Made by a program: the position numbers and the translations under genes. This document shows, piece after piece, positions 1 to 9,113 of a DNA stretch of 64,000 nt. Position 1 is the first letter of the stretch, and each line of letters begins with the position of its first letter. Below the pieces are notes generated by a model. It was not told where the DNA came from, made no database searches, and saw only the letters and a list, made by a program, of their open reading frames with translations. The stretch is from Patescibacteria group bacterium (GTDB lineage: Bacteria > Patescibacteriota > Microgenomatia > Levybacterales > GWA1-39-11), in NCBI GenBank assembly GCA_035549295.1, contig DASZRG010000039.1, forward strand, positions 31-64,030. Reading direction: 5' to 3'.

Positions 1-469
1 ATAAGCGCAAGTTTGATGAGTACTATATAGTAACTTGTAAGTGATTCGGAGTATGGGTCATTTCTCGTTTTCCTATATGTTGGAATAAAAGATATAACTT
101 CAGAAATTGTAACAATAGCTAGCGAAATAACAGGAAAATTTCGGACTAACACATACGTTAAAACTCCAATTACTGAAATGCTTAGACAAATCTTGTCCAG
201 GAATACAATATCTTTTGTCCCGTATCGAAAACAATAAAACAGAATAACAATATCAATTAAGTCTCCTATAAATGTTGGAATTGCACCAACTCCAGCGCCA
301 CCAATTAGCTGGATATACGCAACTATTGAAGTTACAAGCACAATACTTACCCATGTATACAAATGTGGCCTATTTTTACCTCGGAACATATCAACCAAAT
401 AAGGAATGTATGCAACAACTGCAATCATCGAAGCAACACTAGAAGCAATAACCTTCAAATCAACATTCA
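1..469 (-). CDS. hypothetical polytopic membrane protein, truncated by the window edge
   Basis: Reverse-complement translation from the ATG at 469..467 reads MNVDLKVIASSVASMIAVVAYIPYLVDMFRGKNRPHLYTWVSIVLVTSIVAYIQLIGGAGVG..., which is strongly hydrophobic. It is absent from the ORF track because it runs off the window start. Confidence 0.4.
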
Positions 470-744
470 TACAACAATTATAGTGTAAACCCATCCACAA
501 TATTAACTCGTTAACCTACATTTTTATTATTTAAAGTATCTTTTGTTTAGGGTCTACTGTCTACCGACTACTGTAGACAATAAGCCAATATGCTTAATAC
601 TTTCTACTTAATACTAAATACTCGCTTATTCCATATTCACAATTATTTAGCTCGTGATACCCTTGATACCCTTGATACTTCTGATACCTTTCCCCTAACC
701 CCTTGTATCCTAATCGCATAAGTATGCTATGCTATTAACTACCT

Positions 745-2145
745 ATGAAATACATCGTATTCACATTTGATGGATCAGGTACGCCAGTTGCACAACATCT
801 TCAATTGGAGGGTCAAGATGTTGTTCTCGCCATGGTCGAGAACATGAGGACTCTCGCACCTGACGATGACGAATATGTTGAGGACAAAGCTGACAAAGAG
901 GCCAGACTCTCCATATTTGATGGTCTCATCAAGAAAAAAAGCGCAGAGGAAATTATCAAAGAAATGAAGAAATACAAAAATCCTCAGGACTATTTCTTGT
1001 ACTTTGATACTAATGGCCTCTATCCACTTGCAGAACAAGTCAAAGATCTTGGATTTCATGGTAATTTTCCAACTGAGGAAGATTATCAATATGAAGTTGA
1101 CCGTGACAAAGCAAAAGATTTTGTTAAAAAATATTATTCCAAACTCAATATCGCACGCAAGAAAGAATTTAAAAAGCCAGCTGATGCCAAAAAATTCCTC
1201 GAAGGCACTGATGAAGTATGGGTGCTCAAAGGAAATAGCGACGACTCAAATGCCTTTGTTCCTGACGTAGATGATCCAGTTCTTGCAGCCAAACAGGTGA
1301 TTGAAGCGCTCGACAAAGACTCAAGCACATATGAGTCTGAGGGATTTATTCTAGAACTTCTTATCCCATCAGTTATGGAAATTACGCCGGAGAAGTTATA
1401 TTACGACGGGGTACCAATCGCTATGTCGATTGATATTGAAAATAAGCCGATTGGCAGCGGAAATATTTCTGTCCAGACAGGATGCGCGGCAGATATGGTC
1501 TTCCCTATCGCAGAAACTGACCGCATCGCCCAAATTGCTTTTCCGCCAATCGTTGACGAGCTAGCCAAAAAACACAAAGGGTTATTCTACTGGGATGCTT
1601 CAATTCTGATCAACAAGCGCGACGGAAAAATGTATTTTGGGGAGTTTTGCCCTAACAGACCTGGCTACAATGCTTCATTTACCGAATTCGCCCAGTGTGG
1701 CAGCGTACACGATTTTTTTGAAAAAGTCTCACAGCAAAAAAACCCATTCACCCTTGGCACAGTAGCTACTTCTATACGTATATTTAATTTACACCGTGAT
1801 ATTGATACTCAACAAACACTTGGAGGTCTTGCAATTCATTTTGCCCCAGAAGTTGAGAAAGACATATGGCTTTGGGACGTAAAAAAGAAAGGACAAAAAA
1901 TGGTTAATATTGGGTACGGTGATATTATTGCCGTTGTTACTGGTACCGGCGACTCAGTTGAAGAGGCAGTCAATAGAATGTATCGTAATTTGGATAAATT
2001 TTCGTTCTTAGGGGCATATTACAGACCAAAAGCAGACTATGTATCACTTGGCTACTCTACTTCAATTCTTAATCGTTTAAATTACGGAATGGAACGAGGA
2101 CTTTACCAGATACCGTTCAAAGTTAAAGTAGGCAATCTTCTGTAA
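745..2145 (+). CDS. ATP-grasp protein, divergent PurD (phosphoribosylamine--glycine ligase)-like
   Basis: 466 aa. The N-terminal Rossmann-like segment reads MKYIVFTFDGSG. The C-terminal VTGTGDSVEEAVNRMYRNL resembles the PurD C-domain. Canonical PurD motifs such as RFGDPE are altered (here FCPNRPGY). Confidence 0.45.
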   Translation: MKYIVFTFDGSGTPVAQHLQLEGQDVVLAMVENMRTLAPDDDEYVEDKADKEARLSIFDGLIKKKSAEEIIKEMKKYKNPQDYFLYFDTNGLYPLAEQVKDLGFHGNFPTEEDYQYEVDRDKAKDFVKKYYSKLNIARKKEFKKPADAKKFLEGTDEVWVLKGNSDDSNAFVPDVDDPVLAAKQVIEALDKDSSTYESEGFILELLIPSVMEITPEKLYYDGVPIAMSIDIENKPIGSGNISVQTGCAADMVFPIAETDRIAQIAFPPIVDELAKKHKGLFYWDASILINKRDGKMYFGEFCPNRPGYNASFTEFAQCGSVHDFFEKVSQQKNPFTLGTVATSIRIFNLHRDIDTQQTLGGLAIHFAPEVEKDIWLWDVKKKGQKMVNIGYGDIIAVVTGTGDSVEEAVNRMYRNLDKFSFLGAYYRPKADYVSLGYSTSILNRLNYGMERGLYQIPFKVKVGNLL

Positions 2146-2146
2146 A

Positions 2147-2584
2147 TTATCTTACTTTCCAGTTCTTGTTAGATTTTCTAGCAATTTTTTTCTTTGAAGG
2201 CTTTAATTTAACCTCAACGTTATAGACCTCTTTTTGGTATTCTTTCCAATCTAGCCCCATATTTTCGATAAATTGGCGCTCTATGTTGTTGGCCATTCTG
2301 TGATATTTACAATATAGCTTATATTGCTCGGGATACTTTTCCTGAGTTGTCTCATTTGTATCAAAACCATCTATCATTTTGACAGGGATACCTGCTGACC
2401 TAATAAGCGTATACTCTATAAATTCATGAAGCATAATCCCATTGTTATAAATAGGATTCTTCATGTCATACGAAATAATCGTGGAGTCAAAATAGTCCCC
2501 GACGTCATCGTACCTCATCGATTTACTAACTTTGAATTTAATCTTAGAGTAATCCACTAATTTGGCTAGATCTTGCTTTTTCAT
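2147..2584 (-). CDS. hypothetical protein
   Basis: 145-aa ORF converging on the ATP-grasp gene with a 1-nt gap. No recognisable motif. Confidence 0.3.
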   Translation of the reverse strand: MKKQDLAKLVDYSKIKFKVSKSMRYDDVGDYFDSTIISYDMKNPIYNNGIMLHEFIEYTLIRSAGIPVKMIDGFDTNETTQEKYPEQYKLYCKYHRMANNIERQFIENMGLDWKEYQKEVYNVEVKLKPSKKKIARKSNKNWKVR

Positions 2585-2735
2585 AGGCTTATATTATACC
2601 TCACAGGCACGGAGTTGTAAATAAGTCATTTTTGAGGCTAGAAGGCCAATTTCTCAGATTTAAACCTATAGTTTAAGGCTGATAAGTCTTTTAGAAGCTC
2701 CTGGACTTTATCCAGGCACGAATTGAGGCTAAATT

Positions 2736-4097
2736 CTACTCCGTAGTTTCATTCTGTGGCTGATCAATTGTCCTATTTCTTCTTGCTCGATCCATAAGCC
2801 TTATGGCCATTTTGCCGTCGGGTAAAATTCCAAGCCAGATCTGCTCTATTGATGTTACTTCACGGCCTTTTACATACATCTTAACAGATCCACATATGTC
2901 TGTTGCACCTCTCATTGAAACCATCTCTACCTTCATTTCAACTTCATCTCCTGGGAAAATAAATCCGCCTTTTCCACCCCCTGTAAAATCAACCTCTCCA
3001 CTCAGGCCATCAAGCGTTGCAGCAGCGCCTACGGCGTCTGGCTCAAGTCCCATGAATAGAAGGCCGACTGCTTGCCCTGCCATTTCAATACGCTCATGTG
3101 CAGGTACCAGTTTCCCACCATATTCTTCTTTAAAATGGCCTACTGCATCCTCGTCACGTGCTGTATACCAGGCTGTTCCAGACATTCTGTCAGCTGACGA
3201 CTCCCACCTATCAACCATGACCCTATTTCTGACTGAGTTATCGTACATCTCAAGCTTTGCCTCAATTTGTGCTCTATCAAGGATTACTGGACCAATATGC
3301 TCAGGCGGAAGAGGTTCCGCATTGTCACCTCCAGCAAAATAGACCTCTCCAGAATCGTGAGCTGAAAGCAAAAACTCGCGAAGACTGTCCCCGGTCTCCT
3401 TAGGAGTAGGCGATTTACCCTCTCGCTCCTCCATTGCCTTCACACCATCTTTAGAAATGTGAGACATTACGGAATAAGCCCCAGTTTCAGATACAAGGCG
3501 GGTTGAAAAAACGCTTAGGCGGTTTCCTTTTTTAGCCATTTCGTCACGCTTGGCGAGAAGTGAATCCTCTCCTGCTCTTTTTGACCTTGCAATTTCTCGG
3601 TAGAAAGGCGGAATTCGGACTGCACCATATCCATGTGCCCAATTACTTGTTACTAAGACCGTATCAGAATCTGAGTTCATGTGAGGAAGAGCCTCGTCCA
3701 GCAAGTCTACCTGGGCATAATTATTAATAACGTCTGCATATCCGTAGTCCTTATCTTTTTCGAAACCACCAGCCGCATTCAGAACCAAAACATCTATTCC
3801 CTGTCCCAAATCTGTGGCGGCATTAACGAGTGCTCTTCTCCCGTCCGCAGTAGTTATATCTGCCCGAACGGATACAAACTTCCCACCCATTGCCTCAATC
3901 TCTGTTCCAAGCGTATTTTGACGCTTTTCACTACCTTCACTCACATAACAACCAACAACAGTTGCGCCGGCTTCAGCAAGAGACAATGCAGTACCACGGC
4001 CTATTCCACGAGAGGTTCCTGTTATTACTGCTACTTTACCCGCAAGAGGTTTTATTTCTTTTATATCTGGGTTGGGCGTTAATTCAGATTCTGACAT
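2736..4097 (-). CDS. SDR-family Rossmann-fold oxidoreductase domain fused to a C-terminal hotdog (MaoC-like)-type domain
   Basis: The N-terminal segment carries GKVAVITGTSRGIGRG and LVLNAAGG (TGxxxGxG and NAG motifs) and a Y-x6-K-like FYREIARSK. The C-terminal segment reads GGGKGGFIFPGDEVEMKVEMV...GSVKMYVKGREV, which looks hotdog-like. GC is clearly higher than the surrounding DNA. Confidence 0.5.
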   Translation of the reverse strand: MSESELTPNPDIKEIKPLAGKVAVITGTSRGIGRGTALSLAEAGATVVGCYVSEGSEKRQNTLGTEIEAMGGKFVSVRADITTADGRRALVNAATDLGQGIDVLVLNAAGGFEKDKDYGYADVINNYAQVDLLDEALPHMNSDSDTVLVTSNWAHGYGAVRIPPFYREIARSKRAGEDSLLAKRDEMAKKGNRLSVFSTRLVSETGAYSVMSHISKDGVKAMEEREGKSPTPKETGDSLREFLLSAHDSGEVYFAGGDNAEPLPPEHIGPVILDRAQIEAKLEMYDNSVRNRVMVDRWESSADRMSGTAWYTARDEDAVGHFKEEYGGKLVPAHERIEMAGQAVGLLFMGLEPDAVGAAATLDGLSGEVDFTGGGKGGFIFPGDEVEMKVEMVSMRGATDICGSVKMYVKGREVTSIEQIWLGILPDGKMAIRLMDRARRNRTIDQPQNETTE

Positions 4098-4169
4098 AAG
4101 AAGTTAGAATAAGTGCAATATACATCAATAGATTTTGTTATGCAATATATAACACTAATCTACTGGAGG

Positions 4170-4769
4170 CTAAGAGTTTATATCGTGGGTTTCGACATTT
4201 CCTGCACGTCTGTATTTTGCGAAAATTACACCAGTTGGAGTTACTTTCGATTCTAAAAGCTCAAAAGCATAAGGCTTGGTACCATCCTCGAATAGTCTTT
4301 TCCCACTCCCTAGAGTGATAGGAAATGTTTTGAGCCAAAACTCATCGATTAAATCATGCTCCATGAGTGTCTGGACTAGATTTGCGCTTCCATAGACCTG
4401 CAAATCAGGACCATCAGAATTTTTAAGCGCTTTAAGTCCCTCAACATCCTTTATCACTTCTGTATTTTTCCATTTCGGGTCTTTCAGAGTTGAAGAAACA
4501 ACATATTTAGTAATTTCATTTACCTGAGGCCAGGATTCTGTGTGTGTCGGCCAAAAATTAACCCATATGTCGTAAGTTTTGCGCCCCAAAAGCAGTGCTG
4601 CAGTCGCCTTCATTTGCTCATCCATCTCCCGTCCTCCTACTTCCCCTTCAAAAAGTGGACCCATCCACCCACCGTATTTGAAACCCTCAGCTGCATCTTC
4701 ACGTGAACCACCTGGCGCTTGGATAACGCCGTCAAGGGTCATGAATTCTAGAACAAAAATCTTTCTCAT
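4170..4769 (-). CDS. dihydrofolate reductase family protein (RibD C-terminal domain type)
   Basis: MRKIFVLEFMTLDGVIQAPGG...FKYGGWMGPLFEGE...LLLGRKTYDIW...LQVYGSANLVQTLMEHDLIDEF is the typical RibD_C / YwjB-like signature. Confidence 0.7.
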   Translation of the reverse strand: MRKIFVLEFMTLDGVIQAPGGSREDAAEGFKYGGWMGPLFEGEVGGREMDEQMKATAALLLGRKTYDIWVNFWPTHTESWPQVNEITKYVVSSTLKDPKWKNTEVIKDVEGLKALKNSDGPDLQVYGSANLVQTLMEHDLIDEFWLKTFPITLGSGKRLFEDGTKPYAFELLESKVTPTGVIFAKYRRAGNVETHDINS

Positions 4770-5111
4770 TTAGTCTATTCTCTTGTGCTGCTCAGGATAC
4801 CATGCGGGTGAGCAAGAAATAATGAGCGTAAAATCCCCTTCCCAGGAGAATTTCTCACCTGGCTCGATTAGGACTTCTGAACCTTCATTAAGCTGGTATT
4901 CTTCGCCTTCCACGAAAATCTTACCAGACCCTTTTAAAACATATGCAAGTTCTTTGCATACGGTGTTCATAGCAGATCCACTCACGGGATATTTACCAAC
5001 CACCTCAACATAAGCGGCATCTATGTCCTTTTCGCCCAATGGATATTCATAAGCAACAACCGTCTCTCCGTTTTGAAGCTTTTTAGCCTGATCTTTTGAT
5101 GCAATCTTCAT
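4770..5111 (-). CDS. cupin domain protein
   Basis: 113 aa with a small cupin beta-barrel pattern (G-x5-E...G...P.G-like segments: VLKGSGKIFVEGEEYQLNEGSEVLIEPGEKFSWEG). It lies 0 nt from the upstream gene. Confidence 0.55.
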   Translation of the reverse strand: MKIASKDQAKKLQNGETVVAYEYPLGEKDIDAAYVEVVGKYPVSGSAMNTVCKELAYVLKGSGKIFVEGEEYQLNEGSEVLIEPGEKFSWEGDFTLIISCSPAWYPEQHKRID

Positions 5112-5140
5112 TTTTTTGTTTCAAAATTCATTCTACCGCT

Positions 5141-5512
5141 TTATTTAAAACTTTTCCACACGGGCCTCATAGCTAAATATAAGATTCCTAACACAATAAC
5201 GTTTACCCCCAGAACGAACAACAAACTTTCAGATACTATGATTATATTCGAAATGATATTCAACTCATTTATTGCCGTTACTAAAAATATTATAACTGCT
5301 GAAGATAGGTAAAGAGTAACACCGATCTTTTTCCACATGAAAAGCTGAACTATCGCATAAATTTGCACAAAACCGGCCGCAATTCCGAAAATACTTATAT
5401 AGTTTTTTGTCAAACTTATAATAGGAAGATATGTGAGGGAATCAATCGTGATTGCTACTGAGAAGAGAAGTATTAAAACCAACCATGTTGTTAAAAAAAG
5501 TGATCTTTTCAT
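5141..5512 (-). CDS. hypothetical membrane protein (4 predicted TM helices)
   Basis: 123-aa hydrophobic ORF overlapping the next gene by 4 nt (operon-like). Confidence 0.35.
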   Translation of the reverse strand: MKRSLFLTTWLVLILLFSVAITIDSLTYLPIISLTKNYISIFGIAAGFVQIYAIVQLFMWKKIGVTLYLSSAVIIFLVTAINELNIISNIIIVSESLLFVLGVNVIVLGILYLAMRPVWKSFK

Positions 5513-5898
5513 ATGTTTTTTGCTTTCGAATTCATCGCAACCGTTTCTCGTATAAGTTCTTTCAAACTCACCTCATTAATTGCATCATTCTCAGAAAAGT
5601 CTATTGCTCGAACAGATTTACTATCTAGTCGTGTATTGAACAGTTTTTTGGGATCTTTTATTAATGCACCTTTGGGAAACGTCAGACGCACAGCGCTTTT
5701 TAACGCCTCACCAATACAGATTATTCCGTCGTGGGACCAAACTGGTACTCCTTCGGGCTTTGAAGGCTTCTTCCATTTCACTTCCTCTATCAACTCTGGA
5801 TCTGCATCGTTAATTATTGTGCGGAGCTGCGACAACCTTTCGCCCCGCCAGTCGCTCATATTCTTGATGATGTTGTCAATTTCTTGAGAGGCACTCAC
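5509..5898 (-). CDS. DUF1801 (YdhG-like) domain protein
   Basis: WKKPSKPEGVPVWSHDGIICIGEALKSAVRLTFPKGALIKD matches the DUF1801 core by memory. Confidence 0.5.
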   Translation of the reverse strand: MSASQEIDNIIKNMSDWRGERLSQLRTIINDADPELIEEVKWKKPSKPEGVPVWSHDGIICIGEALKSAVRLTFPKGALIKDPKKLFNTRLDSKSVRAIDFSENDAINEVSLKELIRETVAMNSKAKNI

Positions 5899-5925
5899 AA
5901 ATTTATTATAGCAAATGAGGCCAAA

Positions 5926-6114
5926 TTACCTAAAGTGAATAAAACTATAAATTCCAATAGCAACTATTTCAATTAGACTGATGAAAAATATCAATAGTCC
6001 TCGCGAGTGAATCCTCGCATTCTTTCCACTGTTTTGAATAGCACGATACAAAACGAAATTATTAATGGATATGACAAGAGCGGCAAAGAGGATAAGGCTT
6101 GTTCTAGGATCCAT
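5926..6114 (-). CDS. small hypothetical membrane protein
   Basis: 62 aa with two hydrophobic helices. Weak support. Confidence 0.25.
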   Translation of the reverse strand: MDPRTSLILFAALVISINNFVLYRAIQNSGKNARIHSRGLLIFFISLIEIVAIGIYSFIHFR

Positions 6115-6115
6115 A

Positions 6116-6487
6116 TTATTTGAAGTAATTCATTTCCGGCCTCATGTCGATAAGCTCAAAAGCATTTTTCATCTCATCCGGAGTATTGATGCGGATGATT
6201 CTAAATTTACCCGATGTAGTTTTTTTAACATAATCCAGAGTAGTCTCGAGGACATGGACCAAGCCCCAATATATCCATTTTCCATCTCTGTTCTCAACGA
6301 AAAAATTTCTTGTTGGTGGTGTTTTATAAACTCTAATGTCTGGCTTATCGTGAAATTCAAAAATTTTATCTTTGAACTCCTCAAGGGTGTAGGGTTTATC
6401 TAGATGTTTCTCTAAAACGAGCTCTGATGGAAACCCTTGGTCTGAAGTCAACTGAAGCGTATCATTTAACTCTATAAAACTCCCCAT
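6116..6487 (-). CDS. hypothetical protein
   Basis: 123-aa ORF with good coding appearance and no recognised motif. Confidence 0.35.
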   Translation of the reverse strand: MGSFIELNDTLQLTSDQGFPSELVLEKHLDKPYTLEEFKDKIFEFHDKPDIRVYKTPPTRNFFVENRDGKWIYWGLVHVLETTLDYVKKTTSGKFRIIRINTPDEMKNAFELIDMRPEMNYFK

Positions 6488-6608
6488 AACATATTATACC
6501 AGTTTCGGATATCTACCTCGCTGGATATGTTGAACGCATTCGAAGCTATATTAATAAGCAAATTGAAGCCGGCGAGGTTTTTTTATATAATGTAACGCGC
6601 TGCCACAT

Positions 6609-6679
6609 TGCTGAATCGTCTAATGGTAGGACAACGGACTTTGGATCCGTTTATTCTGGTTCGAATCCAGGTTCAGCAG
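6609..6679 (+). tRNA. tRNA-Gln (anticodon TTG)
   Basis: Hand-folded cloverleaf. The acceptor stem TGCTGAA/TTCAGCA is 7 bp with U1-A72, as in bacterial tRNA-Gln. The D-stem is GTCT/GGAC. The anticodon stem is ACGGA/TCCGT with loop CTTTGGA. The T-arm is TCTGG-TTCGAAT-CCAGG. The discriminator is G. Confidence 0.65.
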
Positions 6680-6723
6680 CAATGTAAAGGTGTATAATCA
6701 GAGATGGTAAATGGTACCTTTTT

Positions 6724-8103
6724 ATGGCGGATAAGAAAATTACTTCAATTAATCCTTCAACCTACGAAACCCTCGGAGAGGTAGCTTACACTTCGGAAGA
6801 AGAAATCAAAAATATAATTGCAAAGGCTAATCAAGCACGAAAGGAATGGAAAGAATTAGGTCTTGGGGGAAGAGTAAAAGCATTAAGGAAAGTGTCAGAT
6901 AAATTAACTGAGAAAAAGGATGAACTAGCTAAATTAGGTGCTCAAGAAATGGGTATGCCCATTTCCCAAAGTAATGCAGATGTTCAAGATGGAATAAATT
7001 TCTTCAACTGGTATCTCGATAACGCATCAAAATACTTATCTCCAGAAGTTGTATATGAAGATAACAAGATTACTCAAACTGTCTACTATGAACCGATAGG
7101 GACAGCCGCCGTTATTACTCCTTGGAACTTCCCTGTATCAAATTTCGTTTGGGGTGCAGGGCAAAACCTGATTGCAGGGAATACGGTTATTTATAAGACA
7201 TCTGAAGAGTGTCCTCTATTTGGCAAGCTACTTGAAGAAACAATTAACAGCGCTGGGTTACCCGAAGGCGTTTTTTCAGAAATTTATGGTGACGGAACTG
7301 TGGGAGACTTCCTTACTCATCAAGATATAAATCTTATCAGCTTCACTGGTAGCACGAAGGTTGGTAAATACTTATATCAAGTGGGGGGAGAAAAATTCAT
7401 TAAAGTTGTCTGTGAGTTGGGTGGCTCTGCTCCTGGCATTGTTTTTTCGGATGCTGACCTGGATGAGGTAATTGAAGTTATCTATGGAAACAGATTCACT
7501 AACTGTGGACAGATGTGCGACGCCCTTAAGAGACTTATTGTTCATGACAGTATATTTGATAAAGTAGCAGAGAGATTAAGAAAAAAACTGGAATCTCTTA
7601 AAGTTGGAAACGCAGAAGATGAATCCACAGATATTGGACCATTAGTTGCAAAGAGACAGCTCGAGTTACTGGAGGAACAAATACAAGATGCAGTAGACAA
7701 GGGAGCAAAAGTAATAATTGGTGGTAAGCGACCTGAGGGTCTGAATGGGGCATATTACGAACCAACTATTTTAACTAATGTCACAAAGGAAATGAGAGTT
7801 TGGCAAGAGGAAGTCTTTGGCCCAGTGCTTCCCATCGTAGCCTTTGATACAGACGAGAAATCAGTTAAGATGGCAAATGATACAAACTATGGTTTGGGTT
7901 CTTATATTTACACAAAAGATAAAGAAAAAGCTCTTAAAGTGGCAACACAAATAGAAGCAGGAATGGTCAGTATTAATACTGCCAGCTACATTAACGCTTG
8001 CAGTCCATTTGGTGGATATAAAGATTCAGGTATAGGGCGAGAGCATGGTAAATTTGGATTTGCTGAATTGACTCAAGTTAAAGTCGTAGCAATAGAAAAA
8101 TAA
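6724..8103 (+). CDS. NAD(P)-dependent aldehyde dehydrogenase
   Basis: ELGGSAPGIVFSDADLD (catalytic Glu region) and FTNCGQMC (catalytic Cys). The length fits the ALDH family. Confidence 0.85.
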   Translation: MADKKITSINPSTYETLGEVAYTSEEEIKNIIAKANQARKEWKELGLGGRVKALRKVSDKLTEKKDELAKLGAQEMGMPISQSNADVQDGINFFNWYLDNASKYLSPEVVYEDNKITQTVYYEPIGTAAVITPWNFPVSNFVWGAGQNLIAGNTVIYKTSEECPLFGKLLEETINSAGLPEGVFSEIYGDGTVGDFLTHQDINLISFTGSTKVGKYLYQVGGEKFIKVVCELGGSAPGIVFSDADLDEVIEVIYGNRFTNCGQMCDALKRLIVHDSIFDKVAERLRKKLESLKVGNAEDESTDIGPLVAKRQLELLEEQIQDAVDKGAKVIIGGKRPEGLNGAYYEPTILTNVTKEMRVWQEEVFGPVLPIVAFDTDEKSVKMANDTNYGLGSYIYTKDKEKALKVATQIEAGMVSINTASYINACSPFGGYKDSGIGREHGKFGFAELTQVKVVAIEK

Positions 8104-8168
8104 ATTAACCCTTAAGAACCAACAGGGTATCTGTAGAAGTTATCCTATGAGTGAGACAATTTATCGGG

Positions 8169-8534
8169 CTATTTTCTGAGGATTTTGGCCATTTCTTTTC
8201 CGCGCGCGAGCTCATCGATGAGCTTATCTATATATCGAATTCCCTGCATAGTAGGCTCTTTTATCTCTTCTACTCGAACTCCGCAAATAAGACCCGTGAT
8301 AAGTCGTCTATTGGGATTCAACTTAGGAGCATCACTCAAGAACTTTTCAAAAGTCGTTTCTTTTTTAAGTTCCGTCTCAAATTGCTTTTGACTATACCCT
8401 GTTAACCAGCAAATAACCTCGTCGACTTCCCCTTTTGTCCGGCCTTTCTTCTTAGCTTTCGCAATATACAATGGATAAACGCTCGCCACACTCATCCCAT
8501 AAATCCTTTGCCTATTCTTATCATCTCCGCTCAT
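8169..8534 (-). CDS. DUF2200 domain protein
   Basis: [33 protein letters not shown]...[22 protein letters not shown]...[13 protein letters not shown] matches DUF2200 family members from memory. Confidence 0.5.
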   Translation of the reverse strand: MSGDDKNRQRIYGMSVASVYPLYIAKAKKKGRTKGEVDEVICWLTGYSQKQFETELKKETTFEKFLSDAPKLNPNRRLITGLICGVRVEEIKEPTMQGIRYIDKLIDELARGKEMAKILRK

Positions 8535-8597
8535 ATTGACATTTTATCATTTTGTTTATGCATCAAATAGCTTAAGAACTTTTGATATACTTCAGTA

Positions 8598-9038
8598 ATG
8601 TCTGATGTGAAACGTTTTTTGCTTAGATCTGCGGTTTACCTAATTCCAATCAAAGACAATAAGATTTTACTTGCGAAAAGATTTAATACTGGATGGATGG
8701 ACGGAATGTATAGTTTGATCTCTGGGCATCTAGATGGAAATGAATCTGTGACTTCTGCGATTATTCGAGAGGCTTACGAAGAGGCAAAAATTAAAGTGGC
8801 GAAAAATGATTTAGAACCCGCCACAGTTCTCCACAGGAAGTCAGATCAAGAATACGTGGACTTCTTTTTTGTCACAAAGCGTTGGGACGGAGAACCATCC
8901 ATTGGCGAACCAGATAAATGCGACGACTTAAGATGGACATTAATAAATGATCTTCCAGATAATACTCTCCCATATATAAAAGACGTTATAGATAATTACA
9001 GAAATCGTGTTGCGTTTTCAGAAAGTGGCTGGGAATAA
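8598..9038 (+). CDS. NUDIX hydrolase
   Basis: Nudix box GHLDGNESVTSAIIREAYEEAKIKV (G-x5-E-x7-REUxEE). Confidence 0.7.
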   Translation: MSDVKRFLLRSAVYLIPIKDNKILLAKRFNTGWMDGMYSLISGHLDGNESVTSAIIREAYEEAKIKVAKNDLEPATVLHRKSDQEYVDFFFVTKRWDGEPSIGEPDKCDDLRWTLINDLPDNTLPYIKDVIDNYRNRVAFSESGWE

Positions 9039-9113
9039 ACTCTTACAAAATCGATCATTTTGATATATCCTGCAAAATCTCATTTTTATATATCGTCTTG
9101 ATATACTATAGCT

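Noticed and set aside
775-1328. Antisense or overlapping small ORFs in the track, such as 775-1089(-), 1004-1270(+), 1134-1328(-) and many similar ones inside larger genes
   Set aside because: They are fully embedded in longer, motif-supported ORFs on the other strand or frame. They have low-complexity or atypical composition and fit no operon context. They are treated as spurious.
2736-4097. Calling the SDR-hotdog protein a peroxisomal-type MFE-2 (multifunctional enzyme type 2) homologue
   Set aside because: The domain order is suggestive, but the SDR active-site spacing looks FabI-like (Y-x6-K) and the hotdog assignment is tentative. A generic call is kept.
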